A DNA stretch of 64,000 nucleotides from positions 99,579 through 163,578 of the IMG/VR virus record IMGVR_UViG_3300012931_000015. One strand, given 5' to 3'. This stretch comes from a virus. Numbering within the stretch: position 1 is the first letter of the stretch; each line of letters starts with the position of its first letter. Of the stretch, positions 60,228-64,000 are shown one piece after another. The position numbers and the translations under genes are program-made. The notes beneath the pieces are model-generated. The model searched no databases. It had not been told where the DNA came from and was given only the letters and a program-made list of their open reading frames with translations.

Positions 60228-62351
60228 TTATTTTATTCCATATAATTTTTTTAACAAATATTGGTCATTACTACCTCCAGCAAAATTATTTAATTTCAAA
60301 GCTTTATTTTTTAACCCTATTCTTCTATTTTCTTCTTCATATAAAGTTACAGGTTTTACTTCTTTATTGTGCATCATTAAATACACCGCTCTACAAGTTG
60401 CATCACTAACATCTTTTTCATATTTTCCAGCAGTTGATAACTCCCAATTTCCATTATACTTGTGAACAGGCGTTCCTTTGGATTTCAATACTTTTTCATT
60501 ACCTTTTAAATCTGTTCCACGATAAAGACTATCAAGATTATTTTTAAGATAAATATTTTTACCACACTTATACAAACCATTATATAATATTCCAACAAAA
60601 TACTGGTAAGGCTCTACTGATAAGTCAACACTAAATTGAATACAGTTTATTCCTGCTCTTTCTAAGTTCTGTTGTGTTTGCTTACTTTGAAATTGATCGA
60701 ATGCTACAACATTTATACTCAAGTGTCCTAACATCATTAAATCTAAAATAAACATATTAAGAGCGTCAAGATTTATTCCGGTTGCATCAGGAGCGATAGC
60801 TAAACTAAAATCATTCACAGCTAAAATTTCTCCATCGTGCCCGATTTCTGGATGAACAACATCAACACCCATTATACACCCTTGTATCGCCACAGCAGTA
60901 TCTATACCTATGAATCTCGGCTCTCTAGGAGCACGAAGTATTTGAAATTGACCATTACCTCTGTCAAGGAAAAACTTTTTGTATATTTGATTCCAGATTA
61001 GTTTGTCAGGTAGTATTTTAGCACCTGCTATTATTTCACCTTCTATGTTGTCTAGGTTTTCATCCCAGATGTTTTCAATGATCCTATAATCTTGCACCAG
61101 TTTAGATTCGTTGGAACTACTTATTCCCCCAATATCTTTTATACTTTCTATTAAATTTCTATTTAATTCATCATAAGTATCTATTGGAAATTTTACAATT
61201 AAATTATTCGGTATTCCTTCTTTTTGTTTTTTTTCTTTAATCAAAAAAGCAGGATGACTTCCATCCCCAACAACCACTTCAAAAGTTTCAAGTGGTCTAT
61301 TTTCCGTAGACCAAGATTTTTTCCAAGTTTTACTTTCAAAAACATTTAAATTTTCTCCTTCTAGTTTATTAGCATTTGCCCATTTTGGAAATTTCTCAGG
61401 TAATAATTCCCATCTTCTATAATATTTATAAAAACAATCTTTATTATTTCTTAAATCTACTTGAACTAATTTTTCAATCGGGGATTCAGCACAATTACTA
61501 CTAGAATCTATCGCTAAAAAACAAGGAAACCGATTCCTCAAAATTGTTCCAGATATTCTTCCATCCAATTTAGTAAATATATTTAATACATCCTCATCTG
61601 ATATATGAGCCATTTCTTTAAAGTGATTTATTTCAGATATTACACCAGAAACAATGTTTGAACCGATTACGTCTCCCACCCTACTTCCACACAAAATTAA
61701 TAATTTTGGAAATGTCAAACCTCCGGTAGTAACAATACTACACGCTTCAGAAAAATGTATAATACCTTCTGGAGTAACACCTTTTTCTCTTACACCATCT
61801 TCATATTTTACATTTTTAAAAAATTTAGAGGCATATAAAATATTTGTTAATGGGCTTAATATTAACTCTTTTGTTTTATCTTTTTTAAATGATACTAAAT
61901 AAATAGATATATTACTTAAAGGATTTAACCCATAATACAAATGAGGAAATCGCATATAATTAATATATATAATTGAATATACTATATATAATTGGTTCAA
62001 AAGAGATTTCCCACATCTCGTACTTCCGTAATTTACAATATATGTATAAGGATTTTGAGTGTTCATAGACTTAATAAAATTATCTTTAATGAAAGGATAA
62101 AGAGAATCTATCATTTCTATCGGTAAATATCCAAATTTAGGATCAATAAATTCTTCAGGAGTAGGACAAGGATGAATCCACATCATTGAGTGTAATAAAT
62201 CATGATACTTTTCTGAATTTTCAGGCTGAGAAAAAAATTTATCAACTATTTCTTTTTGTTTCAAATTCAGAGAATCATACGTTTTAATTAATTCTTCAAT
62301 TTTGTTAGATGGTATATAATTGTCATTTATATTATTTTTTGTTAATATCAT
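60228..62351 (-). CDS. terL: terminase large subunit
   Basis: Walker A GSTRCGKS, Walker B GVISE, RNase H-like FIGID, FDQFQS and KDVSDA. Confidence 0.88.
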   Translation of the reverse strand: MILTKNNINDNYIPSNKIEELIKTYDSLNLKQKEIVDKFFSQPENSEKYHDLLHSMMWIHPCPTPEEFIDPKFGYLPIEMIDSLYPFIKDNFIKSMNTQNPYTYIVNYGSTRCGKSLLNQLYIVYSIIYINYMRFPHLYYGLNPLSNISIYLVSFKKDKTKELILSPLTNILYASKFFKNVKYEDGVREKGVTPEGIIHFSEACSIVTTGGLTFPKLLILCGSRVGDVIGSNIVSGVISEINHFKEMAHISDEDVLNIFTKLDGRISGTILRNRFPCFLAIDSSSNCAESPIEKLVQVDLRNNKDCFYKYYRRWELLPEKFPKWANANKLEGENLNVFESKTWKKSWSTENRPLETFEVVVGDGSHPAFLIKEKKQKEGIPNNLIVKFPIDTYDELNRNLIESIKDIGGISSSNESKLVQDYRIIENIWDENLDNIEGEIIAGAKILPDKLIWNQIYKKFFLDRGNGQFQILRAPREPRFIGIDTAVAIQGCIMGVDVVHPEIGHDGEILAVNDFSLAIAPDATGINLDALNMFILDLMMLGHLSINVVAFDQFQSKQTQQNLERAGINCIQFSVDLSVEPYQYFVGILYNGLYKCGKNIYLKNNLDSLYRGTDLKGNEKVLKSKGTPVHKYNGNWELSTAGKYEKDVSDATCRAVYLMMHNKEVKPVTLYEEENRRIGLKNKALKLNNFAGGSNDQYLLKKLYGIK

Positions 62352-63692
62352 TTATTTTAAATATGTAAATTTTTCTAATAATTTTAAAACATCATTTTCA
62401 TCTTTAAAACTAAAAATTTCTAAAAAATTCAAATTATTTTCTTTTGCTATTTTTCTTTTTAAAGGGTCATTTTCTGTCCAAATATAAACAGCACTATTAT
62501 AAAATGTTTTCTTTTCATTTTTGAAATTAATTTCTTGACTTTTATTTTTCCACTTTTCTAATTTTTTTAAATGATTGGGATTATTTTCATTAAAAATTTC
62601 TCTTCCATGAGTCCAGCATCCTTGATACTCAATAAATAAGTCATATTTTGGAAGATAAAAATCACAATTAAATGGGTATCTTTTTTCGTCTTTATACTGA
62701 AAAATCAAACTACTATCAATTTTTAAAAAATATTCTTTTAATTTTTTCTCAGCTCTTGAACTACTAAAACTATTATTTATTTTTTTTGTTTTATATATTC
62801 TTTTTTGGATTATAGAGGATTGAAGGGGGCTATCAACATTATAATTTTTTCTACATGTTTCAATTTTTTTATTCTTTACTTCTTCAATTTGGCTAGGATG
62901 TTCAACACCATAACGATCTAAAAGTGTTTTTTTAAATTTTTCTTTAGCTGCCTCCGCTTGAAAAGCATTCTCAACGCCATATTTTATTAAGTTAGTTTGT
63001 TTAATTTTTTCTTTAACTTTACTATTTTGAAATGCAGCCTCACACCCATATTTTTCTAAGCAAGTTTGTTTAATTTTTTCTTTTACTTCTTTAGCTTGCC
63101 AATGATAATCCACCCCATAATTTTTTCTACAAGTATCTATTTTCTTTTGCTTAATTTCTTCTGCTTGACTAGGATTCTCTACCCCGTAACGCTCTAAAGA
63201 AACTTCTCTACCTCTTTCTCTAATTTCTTTTAATTGAAGTGTAAATTCTACACCATACTTTTCTAAATTATTTTTTTTCTTTTTATCTTTAACAGATTCC
63301 GCTTGATTAGGGCTTTCTACACCGTATTTCTCTAAAGAAGTCTTTTTTGTTTTTTCCTTTATCATATCAGACTGCATAACACTATCAACACCGTATTTTT
63401 CTCTACAAGTTTTAATCCTTTTTTCTTGGAATTCTAATAATTGAAGGGGGTGCTCTACTCCGTACTTTTTTAAATAATTTTGTTTAATTTTTTTATTAAC
63501 ACATTCTTTGTTATTACAGGAAGGACTATATAAAAATTTATATTTGTTTTTTTTAACTATTTTTCCACACACCAAATGCTTATAAGTTATCTCTCTTTTT
63601 TCTTCGTCATAGCTTATAAACTCATAATCATTGCAACAATCCTGACCAATTATATTTTTGAACTCTTTCTCTAAATCTATTTTTTTACTCAC
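62352..63692 (-). CDS. repeat-containing PD-(D/E)xK/Vsr-like endonuclease, paralog of 45102-46496
   Basis: KYGVE repeats; KRYPFNCDFYLPKYDLFIEYQGCWTHG. Confidence 0.8.
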   Translation of the reverse strand: MSKKIDLEKEFKNIIGQDCCNDYEFISYDEEKREITYKHLVCGKIVKKNKYKFLYSPSCNNKECVNKKIKQNYLKKYGVEHPLQLLEFQEKRIKTCREKYGVDSVMQSDMIKEKTKKTSLEKYGVESPNQAESVKDKKKKNNLEKYGVEFTLQLKEIRERGREVSLERYGVENPSQAEEIKQKKIDTCRKNYGVDYHWQAKEVKEKIKQTCLEKYGCEAAFQNSKVKEKIKQTNLIKYGVENAFQAEAAKEKFKKTLLDRYGVEHPSQIEEVKNKKIETCRKNYNVDSPLQSSIIQKRIYKTKKINNSFSSSRAEKKLKEYFLKIDSSLIFQYKDEKRYPFNCDFYLPKYDLFIEYQGCWTHGREIFNENNPNHLKKLEKWKNKSQEINFKNEKKTFYNSAVYIWTENDPLKRKIAKENNLNFLEIFSFKDENDVLKLLEKFTYLK

Positions 63693-63706
63693 AACAGAAA
63701 CACCCT

Positions 63707-63970
63707 TTAACTCTTGTCAACCAATTTATCTTTTTCATCTTCTTCTTCTTTTGTATATTCATCAACAGGTTTACTTTGCATATCCTGATCCCCAACACCG
63801 TCATTGTAGACAATTCCACTAACTTTTTCCGGTCTTTCAGAACTTATATCACTACTAACTTCAAGCTCTTTAAAAAAATCCTTAACTGATTTATCCGATT
63901 TACAAAAATTATTTACGAGAGTTTTTATATTTGATTTATTTTCAACTTCTTCCAAAAGTGTTTTTGACAT
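63707..63970 (-). CDS. acidic hypothetical protein
   Basis: 87-aa ORF. Confidence 0.5.
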   Translation of the reverse strand: MSKTLLEEVENKSNIKTLVNNFCKSDKSVKDFFKELEVSSDISSERPEKVSGIVYNDGVGDQDMQSKPVDEYTKEEEDEKDKLVDKS

Positions 63971-64000
63971 CTCAATTAAGAAATCATGAGCTTCACCTTG

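Noticed and set aside
60228-62351. Possible intein or intron in the long terminase
   Set aside because: No intein C-terminal HN-(C/S/T) motif or LAGLIDADG block; the adjacent nuclease is a separate upstream gene
1-64000. tRNA/rRNA genes, CRISPR arrays, stop-codon reassignment
   Set aside because: No T-arm GTTCGA-type cloverleaf or array seen by eye, and long genes are intact in the standard code; a tRNAscan/Infernal run is needed to exclude them formally

Overview
A very AT-rich 64-kb segment of a large lytic myovirus with T4-like (jumbo-type) morphogenesis genes, nearly all on the minus strand. Positions 1-21 kb hold small accessory/early genes: Pth2, two glycosyltransferase-like genes, a radical SAM enzyme, a DenV-like glycosylase, lipoproteins, a DnaB-like helicase and a TnpB-only IS200/IS605 element. 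Positions 21-64 kb hold the virion module: baseplate chaperones, tail tube, sheath, hub, neck, portal, major capsid protein, a fused prohead protease/scaffold and the large terminase. This module is interspersed with at least seven free-standing endonuclease genes, a DNA methyltransferase and a plus-strand island with its own sigma70 promoter. The main unexplained pattern is a ~25-30 aa tag, LxK(I/V)I-x8-12-L(K/E)KG(D/Q)x(I/V)(Y/F)(V/I), usually followed by a xKE|S/A site. It is shared by nine otherwise unrelated proteins and looks like a portable capsid-targeting signal for protease-matured, injected cargo, including a 902-aa probable polyprotein. Other observations: a phage-specific late promoter motif (TACTAATA), a structured capsid-gene leader with twin UGAC-loop hairpins, and a beta-sandwich module shared by the capsid and sheath genes with exact DNA identity blocks. 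All annotations come from reading motifs by eye; no searches were run.
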